From Erysipelothrix inopinata (GTDB taxonomy: Bacteria > Bacillota_I > Bacilli_A > Erysipelotrichales > Erysipelotrichaceae), in NCBI RefSeq assembly GCF_014396165.1, contig NZ_CP060715.1, positions 390,001 through 422,000 of the forward strand: a stretch of DNA of 32,000 nt, in the 5' to 3' direction. The notes beneath the pieces were generated by a model, which searched no databases, had not been told where the DNA came from, and saw only the letters and a list, made by a program, of their open reading frames with translations. The position numbers were made by a program, and so were the translations under genes. How positions within the stretch are numbered: position 1 is the first letter of the stretch; each line of letters opens with the position of its first letter. Below are positions 31,151-32,000 of the stretch, in pieces.

Positions 31151-32000
31151 TTAATCTCCCTCACTAAATTGTGAGTTATAAAGAGTTGCGTAGAATCCAT
31201 CTTGAGCCAAGAGTTCATCATGCGTACCTTTTTCAACAATATCTCCCTTATCCATGACAAGAATAAGATCAGCATTACGAATTGTGGAAAGTCTGTGAGC
31301 AATAATAAAGCTCGTTCTTCCTACCATGAGTTGATCCAGTGCTTTTTGTATTAATACTTCAGTACGGGTATCAACAGAACTCGTAGCTTCATCCAAAATC
31401 ATAATCTTAGGATCCGCAAGAATCGCTCTCGCAATCGTTAAGAGTTGTTTTTGTCCTTGAGATATATTTGATGTATCTTCATTTAAGATTGTATCATATC
31501 CATCTGGAAGTGTCCTTACAAAATAGTCTACTTGTGCTTTCAACGCTGCTTCGTGAACTTCATCATCGGATGCTTCAAGCTTACCGTAGCGAATATTTTC
31601 CCGAATGGTATCACTGTATAACCATGTATCTTGGAGCACCATTCCAATAACTTCTCGTAATTCAGATCGTTTCACATCGCGGATATCAATACCATCAATT
31701 TTGATGGAACCACTGGTTACATCGTAGAATCTCATCAAGAGTTTCACAATTGTTGTTTTACCAGCTCCTGTAGGTCCTACAATTGCAATTTTTTGTCCTG
31801 GTTGAATTGTTGCGCTGAAGTCGTTGATAATAGGTACATTTACATCATAACCAAAGTGTACGTGATCAAATTCAACACTACCTTGAACTTCTTGTACATC
31901 GTGAGTTTCTTGAGTTTCTGAAATTTCTTCCGGTTGTTCAAGATAATCAAAGACACGTTCTGCAGCGGCAAGTGAGAGTTGTAATTGACTTGATAAGTTT
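31151..32000 (-). CDS. ABC exporter, fused permease/ATP-binding protein (MsbA/LmrA-like); only the C-terminal NBD lies in the window
   Basis: Own translation upstream of the track ORF continues without stops to the window edge: ...[15 protein letters not shown]...[30 protein letters not shown] (Walker A). This is followed by the signature [14 protein letters not shown], Walker [13 protein letters not shown], and the H-loop IIAHRLS. Confidence 0.9.
   Translation of the reverse strand, partial: NLSSQLQLSLAAAERVFDYLEQPEEISETQETHDVQEVQGSVEFDHVHFGYDVNVPIINDFSATIQPGQKIAIVGPTGAGKTTIVKLLMRFYDVTSGSIKIDGIDIRDVKRSELREVIGMVLQDTWLYSDTIRENIRYGKLEASDDEVHEAALKAQVDYFVRTLPDGYDTILNEDTSNISQGQKQLLTIARAILADPKIMILDEATSSVDTRTEVLIQKALDQLMVGRTSFIIAHRLSTIRNADLILVMDKGDIVEKGTHDELLAQDGFYATLYNSQFSEGD

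Noticed and set aside
30847-31650. Track ORFs 30847..31029(+), 31108..31302(-), 31468..31650(+)
   Set aside because: 30847..31029 starts inside the terminator hairpin and is antisense to the better-supported 72-aa gene, which has a GGAGG SD. The other two are off-frame or antisense within the ABC transporter NBD.
1-32000. Mollicutes-type genetic code (UGA=Trp), considered because of the AT-richness
   Set aside because: RF2, with its UGA-dependent frameshift, is present. Several well-supported genes terminate at TGA (secA, and the hypothetical gene at 9999). Long ORFs are intact under table 11.
1-32000. CRISPR arrays, tRNA/rRNA genes, IS elements, integrases, prophage or defence-system genes
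   Set aside because: I noticed no regularly spaced direct repeats, no tRNA cloverleaf-like or rRNA-like segments, and no transposase, integrase, restriction, Cas or other defence-type motifs in any ORF. The only signs of accessory or decaying DNA are at 25.3-27.7 kb and 30.2-30.9 kb.

Overview
This is a visibly AT-rich chromosomal segment from a low-GC Gram-positive bacterium (Bacillota). It uses the standard bacterial genetic code: RF2 is present with its UGA-dependent frameshift, and TGA is used as a stop. Gene order resembles Bacillus: comFA-comFC, csp, secA-prfB, yitT-like, ftsE-ftsX, and secG-rnr-smpB. Everything from 1 to 18860 is on the minus strand.

Most of the content is housekeeping:
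- Cell division and secretion: ftsEX, secA, secG.
- Translation: prfB, smpB, rnr.
- Competence: comFA/comFC.
- Anaerobic ribonucleotide reductase: nrdDG.
- Other: msrA, pgi, an Nfu-type Fe-S protein, and an NfeD/SPFH pair.

By eye I found no rRNA, tRNA, tmRNA, CRISPR array, transposase or integrase. I also could not identify a clear-cut novel multi-gene system such as a defence island.

The observations I consider most worth following up are:
1. A three-gene operon encoding a P-type ATPase that looks like a Na,K-ATPase alpha subunit (P2C-like), followed by two orphan TrkA/RCK proteins and no Trk/Ktr channel subunit.
2. A YugI/GSP13-like S1 RNA-binding domain fused in frame, with no stop codon, to a complete glucose-6-phosphate isomerase that keeps its own internal Shine-Dalgarno and ATG.
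3. A roughly 100-nt promoter-to-terminator element with alternative pairings in the divergent region upstream of msrA.
4. A decayed or accessory patch at 25.3-27.7 kb. It holds a Fur-half-site palindrome, an orphan short transcription unit, a chimeric regulator pseudogene, and a DUF4256-DUF1801-AlkD-like operon.
5. An uncharacterised protein with an internal repeat, translationally coupled to NfeD-SPFH.

All family assignments come from motif recognition by eye, not from database searches.
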